A program made the translations under genes and the position numbers. A stretch of DNA of 64,000 bases from Alphaproteobacteria bacterium (lineage in GTDB: Bacteria; Pseudomonadota; Alphaproteobacteria; MPNO01; UBA830). Below the pieces are notes generated by a model that worked only from the letters and a program-made list of their open reading frames with translations, made no database searches and was not told the origin of the DNA. This document shows, one piece after another, positions 29,768 through 38,223 of the stretch. The stretch is taken from NCBI GenBank assembly GCA_965243135.1, contig OZ251539.1, positions 3,872,001 through 3,936,000 of the forward strand, in the 5' to 3' direction. The first letter of the stretch is position 1; each line of letters begins with the position of its first letter.

Positions 29768-30505
29768 TCAGAAAGAACCGGCCGCGAGCAGCGCCCGCGC
29801 CCGGTCGAGATCCGCCGGAGTATCGACGCCGATCGGAACCGTGTCAACGAGCGTCACGTCGATTCGCATCCCGGCCTCGAGCGCGCGCAATTGCTCGAGC
29901 CGCTCCGCGATCTCCAGACGGCCGGGAGGCAACGCGACGAAGCGGTCGAGAGCGCCGCGCCGGAAGCCGTAGAGACCGAGGTGGTGATAATGCGGACCGG
30001 CGGGCGGCACCGTCGCCCGGCTGAAATAGAGCGCCCGCCCGGTCCGCTCGTTCCCGCAAAACGCGATCACCGCCTTGACGACGTTCGGGTCGGCCCGCTC
30101 GCGATCGTCGGAGATTTCGACGGCGAGGGTCGAAATATCGACGGCAGGCTCGGCGAACGGCGTCAGCGCCTCGGCGATCGCGCCGGGATCCACCGTCGGC
30201 AGATCGCCCTGCACGTTGACCACGACGTCGTGCCGTCCTTCGGGATCGATGCGGCGCACGGCCTCGCAGACGCGGTCGGATCCGCTCGCGTGACCGGGTT
30301 CGGTCATCACCGCCCGCCCGCCGGCGGCCTCCACCGCAGCGGCGATTTCGGGATCGCCGCAGGCGACGACGACCGGGCCGATGCCCGCCGCCGCCGCCCG
30401 CCGCCAGACATGGACGATCATCGGCTCTCCCAGAAGATCCGCCAGCGGCTTGCCGGGAAACCGCGTGGCGGCCAGGCGCGCAGGAATGACGAGGACGGGA
30501 TTCAC
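29768..30505 (-). CDS. kdsB: 3-deoxy-manno-octulosonate cytidylyltransferase
   Basis: IPARLAATRFPGKPL, SGSDR, NVQGD, LEQLRALE. Confidence 0.96.
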   Translation of the reverse strand: MNPVLVIPARLAATRFPGKPLADLLGEPMIVHVWRRAAAAGIGPVVVACGDPEIAAAVEAAGGRAVMTEPGHASGSDRVCEAVRRIDPEGRHDVVVNVQGDLPTVDPGAIAEALTPFAEPAVDISTLAVEISDDRERADPNVVKAVIAFCGNERTGRALYFSRATVPPAGPHYHHLGLYGFRRGALDRFVALPPGRLEIAERLEQLRALEAGMRIDVTLVDTVPIGVDTPADLDRARALLAAGSF

Positions 30506-30627
30506 GGGCGCGGCGTTCTCCGGAAAGGCTGGCGCGACATTATACCCCTTGCGCGGCGCGGCCGGGCAATGGACAGGCGGGCGCGCTGCGGATAGACTCG
30601 CTTCCGCTCAGACTAGCGGATAATCTC

Positions 30628-31164
30628 ATGTCGTCACTGGAACTCAACAAGATCGCCGGAGCGATAATTCTCGCGACCCTTATCGTGTTCTCGATCGGCA
30701 AGATCGGCGACAATCTCGTGGCCCCCGGCGGCGGGCATGCGCCCGTCGCCGCCGTCAAGGCGACGCCCGAGCCGGCGGTCCGGCCTTCGGCCCCGAAAGC
30801 GCCGGAGGTGCCGTTCGCCACCCTCCTCGCCAATGCCGATCCGGCGCGCGGCAAGAAGGTCTTCAACAAGTGCAAGGCCTGCCATACGGTGACCGACGGC
30901 GGAAAGGACGGAATCGGCCCCAATCTCTGGAACGTGATCAATGCGGAACCGGCGTCCAATTCGGGGTTCAAATATTCCGCCGCCCTCGAGGGGCTGAAGG
31001 AAAAGCCGTGGACCTACGACAACCTCAACGCGTTCCTCACGAAACCGAAGAACTACGCGAAGGGCACCAAGATGACGTTCGTGGGGCTCAAGAAGCCGAC
31101 CGACCGGGCGAACGTCATCCTCTATCTGCGCAGCCTGAGCGCAACGCCAGCGCCGCTCCCTTAA
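30628..31164 (+). CDS. cycM: membrane-anchored cytochrome c (CycM/c2-like)
   Basis: N-terminal TM, CKACH heme motif, GPNLW, GTKMTF; divergent from kdsB as in alphaproteobacteria. Confidence 0.9.
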   Translation: MSSLELNKIAGAIILATLIVFSIGKIGDNLVAPGGGHAPVAAVKATPEPAVRPSAPKAPEVPFATLLANADPARGKKVFNKCKACHTVTDGGKDGIGPNLWNVINAEPASNSGFKYSAALEGLKEKPWTYDNLNAFLTKPKNYAKGTKMTFVGLKKPTDRANVILYLRSLSATPAPLP

Positions 31165-31241
31165 TCAACTCCGAAACGCAACGCAGGCTGTCGGCAATCT
31201 CCGTTGCGAGGGCGAGCCAACCGCAATGTTCGAGCGAAGGT

Positions 31242-32402
31242 TCAGAATTCTGCGTCGTGCAGCGCGCGCCAAGACAGGAGAGTCGCCTCCGAGTGCCGCT
31301 GCAACTGATCGCCGCCATAAACTGCGACGATTGGTTGCGCAGCGAACTGCCGCCGGACACGCTGAAGGCCTTTGTACAGGCTCGATGACGGGGTTTGCGC
31401 AGCCTTGATCTCGACGAGCGTATCGCCGGACGGGCCGGAGACGACGAGGTCAACCTCGGCTCCGCCGCGGTCACGATAGAAAAACAGGCCGCCCGTTTCT
31501 CCTCTGTTGCTCCGTTGCTTTGCGATTTCCGAAACCACCCAGGTTTCGAAAATCGGACCGCGAAGCGGATGCGTGCGCAGCTGATCGGACGTGCGAATGC
31601 CCACGAGCCAGCAAACGAGGCCGGTGTCGTAGAAATGCAGCTTGGGCATCTTCACGAGGCGCTTCCGAAAGTTCGCGCGATACGCGGGCAGGCGGAAAAC
31701 GACGAAGCTGGCCTCGAGCAGGCTGATCCAAGCTTTCGCGGTGGGCTGCGAAATGCCGCAATCGCCAGCCAGCGAGGAGTAGTTCAGCAACTGCGCCGTA
31801 CGTCCGGCGCACAGTTCCACGAATCGCTGGAAGAGCGCGAGATCTCCGATATTGCTGAGCGCTCGCACGTCGCGCTCGATGTAGGTGGCGACATAGGAGC
31901 GGAGCCAGTCGGCCGGATCGAGGCCGCGATCGAATATGGCGGGATAGGCGCCAGTGAACAGAGCTTCTTCGAGACCCTCGGGATACCGGCTGAAACGCTC
32001 GGTCTCCCGGCGCGTAAGCGGAAGCAGGCGATGCATTGCGGTTCGGCCGGCGAGAGACTGGGCGACCGATTCCAAAAGAGAAAGATTTTGCGAGCCGGTG
32101 AGAATCCATCGCCCGGGTTCCGGCTTGTCGTCGATGACGCCTTGCAAATAGGAAAGCAGTTCCGGCGCGTGCTGCACCTCGTCGATAACGGCCCCGTTCG
32201 GGAACCCGTCCAGAAACGCGCGCGGATCCTCCGTCGCGAATGCGCGCGTATCGAGCGCTTCGAGGGTCACGTACGGGCGCCCTGCGAACGCGGTTCGGCA
32301 AAGGGTCGTCTTGCCGCTTTGCCGCGGCCCGGTAAGGGTGATGGACGGCCATTTCCGGGCAGCCTTCGTCAATACAGCAGCAAGGTCGCGTTCGATTATC
32401 AT
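31242..32402 (-). CDS. AAA_14 ATPase / DUF4143 protein
   Basis: GPRQSGKTT, IDEVQ, QSLAGR, YIERDV, KMPKLHFYDTGL, EVDL...VEIK; start MIIERDL. Confidence 0.92.
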   Translation of the reverse strand: MIIERDLAAVLTKAARKWPSITLTGPRQSGKTTLCRTAFAGRPYVTLEALDTRAFATEDPRAFLDGFPNGAVIDEVQHAPELLSYLQGVIDDKPEPGRWILTGSQNLSLLESVAQSLAGRTAMHRLLPLTRRETERFSRYPEGLEEALFTGAYPAIFDRGLDPADWLRSYVATYIERDVRALSNIGDLALFQRFVELCAGRTAQLLNYSSLAGDCGISQPTAKAWISLLEASFVVFRLPAYRANFRKRLVKMPKLHFYDTGLVCWLVGIRTSDQLRTHPLRGPIFETWVVSEIAKQRSNRGETGGLFFYRDRGGAEVDLVVSGPSGDTLVEIKAAQTPSSSLYKGLQRVRRQFAAQPIVAVYGGDQLQRHSEATLLSWRALHDAEF

Positions 32403-32418
32403 GTTCCGAAGGATATCC

Positions 32419-32465
32419 GAAAATTGCGCTAATTCAAATTCCAATTTTGAATTAGCGCAATTTTC
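32419..32465. promoter_or_regulatory. perfect 20-bp inverted repeat upstream of AAA_14-DUF4143 gene
   Basis: GAAAATTGCGCTAATTCAAA-N7-TTTGAATTAGCGCAATTTTC, 16 bp upstream of the start codon. Confidence 0.7.
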
Positions 32466-32573
32466 CGGCGGCGGAAACGCTGCGCTGGTTGCTTCCTCCT
32501 TGCCAATCCCGGCCTTGCCGAGAGACCGCCCGGAAACGTTCACGTCCGGGCAACCTCGGAAACCGGCGCTTCG

Positions 32574-32881
32574 GGCGCGCGGCACAAGGGTCTTCAACAA
32601 GTGCAAGACCTGCCATACGGTGACCGATGGCGGAAAGAACGGAATCGGTCCCAATCTCTGGAACGTGGTCAATGCGGAACCGGCATCCAGACCGGCATTC
32701 AAGCATTCCGCGGCTCTTCAAGGGCTGAAGGGAAAACCGTGAACCTACGACAACCTCAACGCGTTCCTCACGAAGCCGAAGAACTACGCGAAGGGCACCC
32801 AGATGACTTTCGCGGGGATCAAGAAGCCGGCCGACAGAGTGGGCATTTTTTCTATCGGCGCAGCCTGAGCGCGACGCCAGC
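32574..32881 (+). pseudogene. diverged duplicate of cycM 3' part (direct repeat of 30843-31151)
   Basis: RVFNKCKTCHTVTDGGKNGIGPNLW; TGG>TGA nonsense near 32740; no start or TM segment. Confidence 0.9.
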
Positions 32882-32970
32882 CCAAGGCAACCTCCTTCGG
32901 GTCATTGCCGTTCGGAGACGTGTCGAGAGCGCTCGGAACATGCCGGAGCGACCGCGAAGCACCCGAGCGC

Positions 32971-33588
32971 TTACGGCGCGGCGCGGCGGATGGCCCTCCG
33001 CAGGGAAACGCATGTAGCGGCGCGCTCGGCGCCTATCCGTTCCACCACCCATTGGACGTGCCAAGGTAAAACGCTCATGCGAGCGCACTGCAGGCTATTG
33101 AAGACGGCGTCGGCCAGTCCGTCGCGGCCGAGGACGGCTTCGACGTTCGGGTGCGCCAAAAAATCGATCGTGCATCCGATTACCAATCCTTGAAAGCGCT
33201 CAGCGCATATTCGATGGGCCTTGCGTTCGTCGATCAAAGCCGCTCCGGATCGTCCCAACGCAACTGCTATAGTTGCTGCCTCGCCATCGTCGAGAGTTTC
33301 CGGCGCGGGGCCATTCACAAGACTTGTGAAATGCTGAAGTTCAATATCCGTAAGCGTCACGATATCGACCGCTCCACTTTCGGAAAGCGCAAAGAGCGCA
33401 TCGGCGTCGGATCGACCCGACGCTTTGCCTTCTGCAAGCTCCGACGCCACCTTCTCCGTAACTAAAACGGATTGCGGTAACGCGTCCAAGATTGCCCGAA
33501 CGCAGCCGGTCGCATTCAAATTAATGATGACGCTTGCATCCGCAACGACCGGCACGGAAACGTCATCGAACGATGCGCAGCATACCAT
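32971..33588 (-). CDS. PIN-domain (VapC-like) putative RNase
   Basis: Acidic tetrad pattern VADASVIINL / VASEL / LDDGEAATIA / LIDERKA; start likely MVCC at 33588, overlapping upstream gene. Confidence 0.78.
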   Translation of the reverse strand: MVCCASFDDVSVPVVADASVIINLNATGCVRAILDALPQSVLVTEKVASELAEGKASGRSDADALFALSESGAVDIVTLTDIELQHFTSLVNGPAPETLDDGEAATIAVALGRSGAALIDERKAHRICAERFQGLVIGCTIDFLAHPNVEAVLGRDGLADAVFNSLQCARMSVLPWHVQWVVERIGAERAATCVSLRRAIRRAAP

Positions 33589-34732
33589 TCGTTTCGTCTT
33601 TTTCTGCATCCGCATCGTCCAGTATTTCCCGCAACCCTATCCTGTCTACGCGCAAAAGACGGGCAAGTTGCCCCTCGCTGAGCAAATCCTTTCTCCACGC
33701 TTCCGCAGCCAGCGAATGCAGTCGGAATTCCGTCACCGGCTTCGCGTCCAAGGCAGCGAAAGCGCGATCACCAAGAGCCTGCCGCGCCTGCTCGTCGGTA
33801 ATTCCATCGTTAGCCTTGAACCAGTCCCACGCGCCGCGTTTGACGATGCCGATTTCTTCCAGCCGCCGGACCATTGCTTCACGAGAAACGCCGAAGCGGT
33901 AAGCCAGCAAGATGACGTGCCGCCTAGTCAAGACATCGGCTCCCGTGGTGATCTCCCGAAATAAATCAGTTACCGTACGCATTGGAGTCAAGAACGCTCT
34001 TGCAAAAACATTCGCGTAGCGTTCCTCGCGTGAAACGTCAAATTCCTCCGGCCCGAAGACGTCCGGTTTCCGACGCGACGAAACGAGATGTCCAAGCTCA
34101 TGTGCAGCGGTGAAAGTGCGTCGCGCCGGTGGATGTTTGACGTTGAAAAGCATGCATCCTCCTACATGGTCGTCATAGGCGAACAAGCCGGATATGCTGG
34201 AATCGAGAGGCCTGATATAGACACGAACTCCGAGTTCCAATTCCAGCAAACTTACCAAATCACGAACGGGGGCGCTTCCCAATCCGAGCCTTTGCCTGAG
34301 TTCGATCGCGTCGTTTTCCGCCTGAATGCGCACGTCCCCCGACATGAGAGGCCTTTCGGGCGGAAGATTGCGAGTTCTTTCGATGCCTAGAAGGTTCTCC
34401 AGTTCAACCTCCGCCCTGACGAGGTCGTTCAAAATCCGCGCAGCTTCCTCAGTCGGCTGTCGCGTTTTTCCGGGAAAGCTTCGGAAACGCGGCAAGAGAT
34501 CAACATGTACCGCCTCCTCGCGCAGCAATGCATTGGCAGAAGTGCCGTACAAGCGAGCGAGACGCGAAAGTTCCGTCGTCTGTATGCGCCGCTTGCCTTG
34601 CTCTATGGCGATCAGCGTCGTGCGCGTGATTCCGATATGATCTGCGGCCTTTGCCTGCGTTATGCCGTGCGCTTCACGGGCTGTACGCAAGCGCGAGCCA
34701 ACCTCGGCAATTTGGATTCTCTCCGATGCCAT
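33563..34732 (-). CDS. XRE HTH - ImmA/IrrE (M78) metallopeptidase fusion
   Basis: N-terminal HTH (ITQAKAADHIGITRTTLIAIEQG), FTAAHELGHL HExxH, EERYANVFA; C-terminal HTH-like LSEGQLARLL. Confidence 0.92.
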   Translation of the reverse strand: MASERIQIAEVGSRLRTAREAHGITQAKAADHIGITRTTLIAIEQGKRRIQTTELSRLARLYGTSANALLREEAVHVDLLPRFRSFPGKTRQPTEEAARILNDLVRAEVELENLLGIERTRNLPPERPLMSGDVRIQAENDAIELRQRLGLGSAPVRDLVSLLELELGVRVYIRPLDSSISGLFAYDDHVGGCMLFNVKHPPARRTFTAAHELGHLVSSRRKPDVFGPEEFDVSREERYANVFARAFLTPMRTVTDLFREITTGADVLTRRHVILLAYRFGVSREAMVRRLEEIGIVKRGAWDWFKANDGITDEQARQALGDRAFAALDAKPVTEFRLHSLAAEAWRKDLLSEGQLARLLRVDRIGLREILDDADAEKDETNGMLRIVR

Positions 34733-34733
34733 G

Positions 34734-36110
34734 TCACCGGCTCCCCTTGGCCCATTGATTTATGAACGATACAGATCCAAGAGATTCAACAAAACCGTTC
34801 CATTCCTCGCCATGCTGTCGGAGCATTCTTAAAAGCCTTCGGCGAGTTTCGACAGTGTCTAGATCGAAAAATTGACTTAGAAAAAACTCTTCATTTTTTA
34901 ATGAGGGCAACTCCTCAAAGCACTCGGACAGTTCGGCAATATGTTGAAGATGAAGTACGCCCGCAATTGCATATTCGTAAAGTGCGCCTTTAGGCTGTCT
35001 TCTTTTAAACGTCGAGGCCGCACCATCCTCGTATCGCGGTGCATTCAGATCCTCCCAAACGTACGCCTCCTTATTCTCCGATTGACCCGCCGCATAAACG
35101 CTCATCCGTCGAAGAAGGCACGCCGCACAAATACCGCACTGTCGCCGACGGCCGGAAACCGACACCTGTCTCGAATCTTGCCAGCATGACCGCGTCTTCC
35201 TCCATGACGGTTCGTCAACGAATTCGTTCAGATAGGCTCCTAGAGTCTCACCCTTGGTATGCCAAATACGCGGAAAATCATAGTGAATTGGATGATCGAA
35301 AAGTGCATTAATAAATTTCTCCATAAAACCCATAAAACGAGGATGACTTCGATAATCAGGATATGCATGTCCTACTGGCACTAATGAACATCCCAATGCG
35401 CCCTGTCCGCTTTCCGGGACGATAATTTTATTGGTCTTCGATAAATAGGCCGCGATAGCGCTGAGTAAAGCAAATTTGAATCCTCGAGAACGGCCACTAA
35501 ATTCCTTACGAGAAATAGGTGCACATGACACTCGGTAAGGAAGCACTGCAAATGGTTCTTTTGATTTATTGAACTTCCCATTATTCAATCCACAGGTTTC
35601 CAGTCGAGCTAGAATGATTTTATTTTGAGATCTCCGTTGCATAAGTCTCCACACAACGTATGAATCTAGCCCATTACTGTAAGACATTACGTATTGCAAA
35701 CGATCCGGTATCGGAAAATTCCATTGCCTAGGTTGGTCCGCCTGCTTCTTTCTTTCGACGAAATCGATCTGCCATACATCACCCGTCAAGAAATTCAAGG
35801 CGTCGCGAAGCGTTTTGGAAACGCATCGATCTCTCCACAGGTCTAGGTTGTGGACGGGTACGGTCAAATAAAATCTTCTGCCCCAACCCCTTTTTGGTCT
35901 CATCTTTATATAATCGCAAAACTCTATAGCAGCTGAAACAACGAGAGCATCGTATAGTTTCGGTTCCCAATTTGCCAAACAGTATGAGACCAATCCTTTT
36001 TCATTAAACATAATATTTCTTCCGATTTCGCATTGCTGATTTTGGGTATTTTCAACAGAAAAACCCTCTTCGGTTACGTTGACGCACAGTTCAGGGAAAG
36101 AAACCATCAT
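34734..36110 (-). CDS. long-form QueC-family (QatC-like) PP-loop enzyme
   Basis: SYSNGLDS PP-loop variant, RSRGF, PESGQGAL, RSHP, TKGE, SCW...CGICAACLLRR zinc site; about 140-aa N-terminal extension. Confidence 0.85.
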   Translation of the reverse strand: MMVSFPELCVNVTEEGFSVENTQNQQCEIGRNIMFNEKGLVSYCLANWEPKLYDALVVSAAIEFCDYIKMRPKRGWGRRFYLTVPVHNLDLWRDRCVSKTLRDALNFLTGDVWQIDFVERKKQADQPRQWNFPIPDRLQYVMSYSNGLDSYVVWRLMQRRSQNKIILARLETCGLNNGKFNKSKEPFAVLPYRVSCAPISRKEFSGRSRGFKFALLSAIAAYLSKTNKIIVPESGQGALGCSLVPVGHAYPDYRSHPRFMGFMEKFINALFDHPIHYDFPRIWHTKGETLGAYLNEFVDEPSWRKTRSCWQDSRQVSVSGRRRQCGICAACLLRRMSVYAAGQSENKEAYVWEDLNAPRYEDGAASTFKRRQPKGALYEYAIAGVLHLQHIAELSECFEELPSLKNEEFFLSQFFDLDTVETRRRLLRMLRQHGEEWNGFVESLGSVSFINQWAKGSR

Positions 36111-36124
36111 TCATCCACCCTCAA

Positions 36125-36673
36125 TCATAACCTGATGCCATCGTCTATTCCGGTCATTTTATCAGACGGTCGCGATCTTCTAATCCCGGCTAAATGATTT
36201 CTCGCTATCTCGGTTATCGGTAATTTTCCACGCGCCTCTTTTAGTCGATTAATCACGCGGTCACAGCGATATGATTTTCGCAAATAGTGTTCTTCCATTT
36301 GGCGAATACTGCTTGCAAAACGGTCATAGAGCGCTTCACAAAGCGCATTTTCCACCTTTCTGTCACCTAATTTATTATCCCATAATCGAATAACATGATC
36401 GATAAATGCCGTGGCAAACGGATATCCGGCCGCTATTCCTGACTTTAAGTTTTCAATTTTTTCGATATCCCAGAGATCGAGCTGCTGATCAATCAAAAGA
36501 GATTGAATTTGCCGCAAAAGTCGATCCGGAAATTCTTCGCGTAGATCATCTTCAAGCGCATATCCACCCAGCTGGATAAGCTTTTCCATATCAGCCGCCG
36601 GGTTGTCGGCATGTTCAGCCAGTCGTTTCCATGCTTGCCTCATCGGCAGGCTTCTGTGCGGCCCGTCGCTCAT
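36125..36673 (-). CDS. hypothetical alpha-helical protein, first gene of QueC operon
   Basis: AGGAGG RBS, 182 aa, same AT-rich composition as queC-like gene, 14 nt from it. Confidence 0.8.
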   Translation of the reverse strand: MSDGPHRSLPMRQAWKRLAEHADNPAADMEKLIQLGGYALEDDLREEFPDRLLRQIQSLLIDQQLDLWDIEKIENLKSGIAAGYPFATAFIDHVIRLWDNKLGDRKVENALCEALYDRFASSIRQMEEHYLRKSYRCDRVINRLKEARGKLPITEIARNHLAGIRRSRPSDKMTGIDDGIRL

Positions 36674-36685
36674 CGCATACCTCCT

Positions 36686-36722
36686 ATGTCAACAAGTTCA
36701 GTTTTTTTTCTGACATTGTCAA
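36686..36722 (-). promoter_or_regulatory. promoter/operator of QueC operon (TGACA boxes)
   Basis: Minus strand TTGACA within palindrome TGACA-N-TGTCA (36711-36721); third box ATGTCA at 36686-36691 next to the RBS. Confidence 0.5.
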
Positions 36723-37398
36723 TACTGTTTTACGAAAAATTCCATTCCACGAAACTTCTCATAACATACTGAATTTAATGGAAAAATATCCTATTGCCGC
36801 GCTGCTCGGCAGTTCACGCTGACGGGATGTGTCGAATCTTGAACGCCGAATGTCCCACCGATGTCGTTGCGCCGACGCTGAGGTGCCGAAAGAGACGCCA
36901 ATCACGTCGCCGGAGCGAGGTTTCGCGCGTCGCGGAGCTATGGCGTGAGAGGCTCCAACGCACGCGTCCGCCGCTTCCGGCATCATTATCCGCGGCCGAA
37001 CATCGCGCAAGTGAGCGGCGAACCGCCGCTGGACGCGCAGCACGCTTTCGAGAAGAGCGATGACGCGACCCGCGCAACCACGACTTCAACTGAGCATCGA
37101 CGGATCGGCGCGGAGGGGGATCCTTGAAAGTCTCTAGGGCGAATTTTTCTTTCAGCATAACCCAATGATAATGAAAGGGAAAATCCGTTCAAGAGCCGTT
37201 TGCGCTGCGCCGTTTTTTTTGCCGGCTGCCGTCCGGCCGACGCCCCGCGGCTCGCTTCGCCCGCCGCCGTCTCGCCGATCTCGCGCCGCTGACGCCTCCT
37301 CGCGGGCAGCGCTTGGCAACGGCCGCGCCATTCTTGAATTCGCCCTGGAAAGTCTCGTGCGGCCTTGCAATGCGACCCTATTCGCGTCAGGTTGAATT

Positions 37399-38223
37399 AT
37401 GCGCTTAACGTACTATCCCGCTCTCTGCCCGCCGGAGTTCCTCCGGATCGCGCATTCCCTGGCCGACGCCGCGGGCGAGATCCTCCGGCGCTATTTCCGG
37501 ACGCCGGTCGCGGTCGACGTCAAGCCCGACGATTCTCCGGTCACCGCGGCGGACCGGGAAGCGGAAGCGGCGATCCGCGAAATTCTTTCCAGCCGCAGGC
37601 CCGCCGACGGCGTGGTCGGCGAGGAATTCGGCTCCGAGAACGCGGATGCGGAGTTCGTCTGGGTCATCGACCCGATCGACGGCACGAGATCCTTCATCGC
37701 CGGACGCCCGATCTTCGGCACCTTGATCGCGGTGCTTTCCGGCGGCGTCCCCGTTCTCGGCGTCATCGATCAACCGGTCGCCGGCGAGCGTTGGACCGGA
37801 TGCTTCGGCGGCGGCGCCCTGCTCAACGACGTGCCGATCTCGACGCGGGCTTGCGCGAAGCTGGCGGACGGATTGCTCGCCACGACTTCGCCGCATCTCT
37901 TCGCGTCCGGCAAGATGGAGCGTTTCCGCAGGATCGAGAGCCGCGCCCGGCATGCGATCTACGGCGGCGATTGCTACAATTACGGCCTGCTCGCGGCCGG
38001 GCATCTCGACGCTGTCGTGGAATCGGGACTGAAACCCTACGACTTCTGCGCGTTGGCGCCGATCGTGCGGGAAGCCGGCGGACGAATCACCGACTGGTCG
38101 GGCGAGCCGCTAAGCCTGTCGTCGAACGGCGACGTCGTCGCGGCGGGCGACGCTCGCCTGCACGCCGAAGCGCTGTCCCTCCTCGGAGCGTCGGCGCAAG
38201 GCCAAGGAAAGGTCGAACGATGA
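37399..38223 (+). CDS. hisN: histidinol-phosphatase (IMPase family)
   Basis: SPVTAADREAE, GEEFG, WVIDPIDGT, YGGDCY, LKPYDFCAL. Confidence 0.92.
   Translation: MRLTYYPALCPPEFLRIAHSLADAAGEILRRYFRTPVAVDVKPDDSPVTAADREAEAAIREILSSRRPADGVVGEEFGSENADAEFVWVIDPIDGTRSFIAGRPIFGTLIAVLSGGVPVLGVIDQPVAGERWTGCFGGGALLNDVPISTRACAKLADGLLATTSPHLFASGKMERFRRIESRARHAIYGGDCYNYGLLAAGHLDAVVESGLKPYDFCALAPIVREAGGRITDWSGEPLSLSSNGDVVAAGDARLHAEALSLLGASAQGQGKVER

Noticed and set aside
26136-29972. Very long ORFs such as 26136..29972 (+), 6841..8706 (+), 39878..41962 (-) and 57090..59537 (+)
   Set aside because: Antisense or off-frame shadows of recognisable genes in GC-rich DNA; Arg/Ala/Pro-rich with no motifs
34734-36110. 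Housekeeping queC for queuosine synthesis, or a dpd DNA-modification cluster
   Set aside because: About twice canonical QueC length, with no queD/queE/folE/tgt/dpdA neighbours, in an AT-rich accessory context
32971-36673. Canonical QatABCD or type IV CBASS
   Set aside because: No KAP-type ATPase, TatD, CD-NTase or TGT gene in or beside the operon
36790-37390. Additional gene belonging to the QueC operon
   Set aside because: Only short ORFs without motifs; cannot be supported from the sequence
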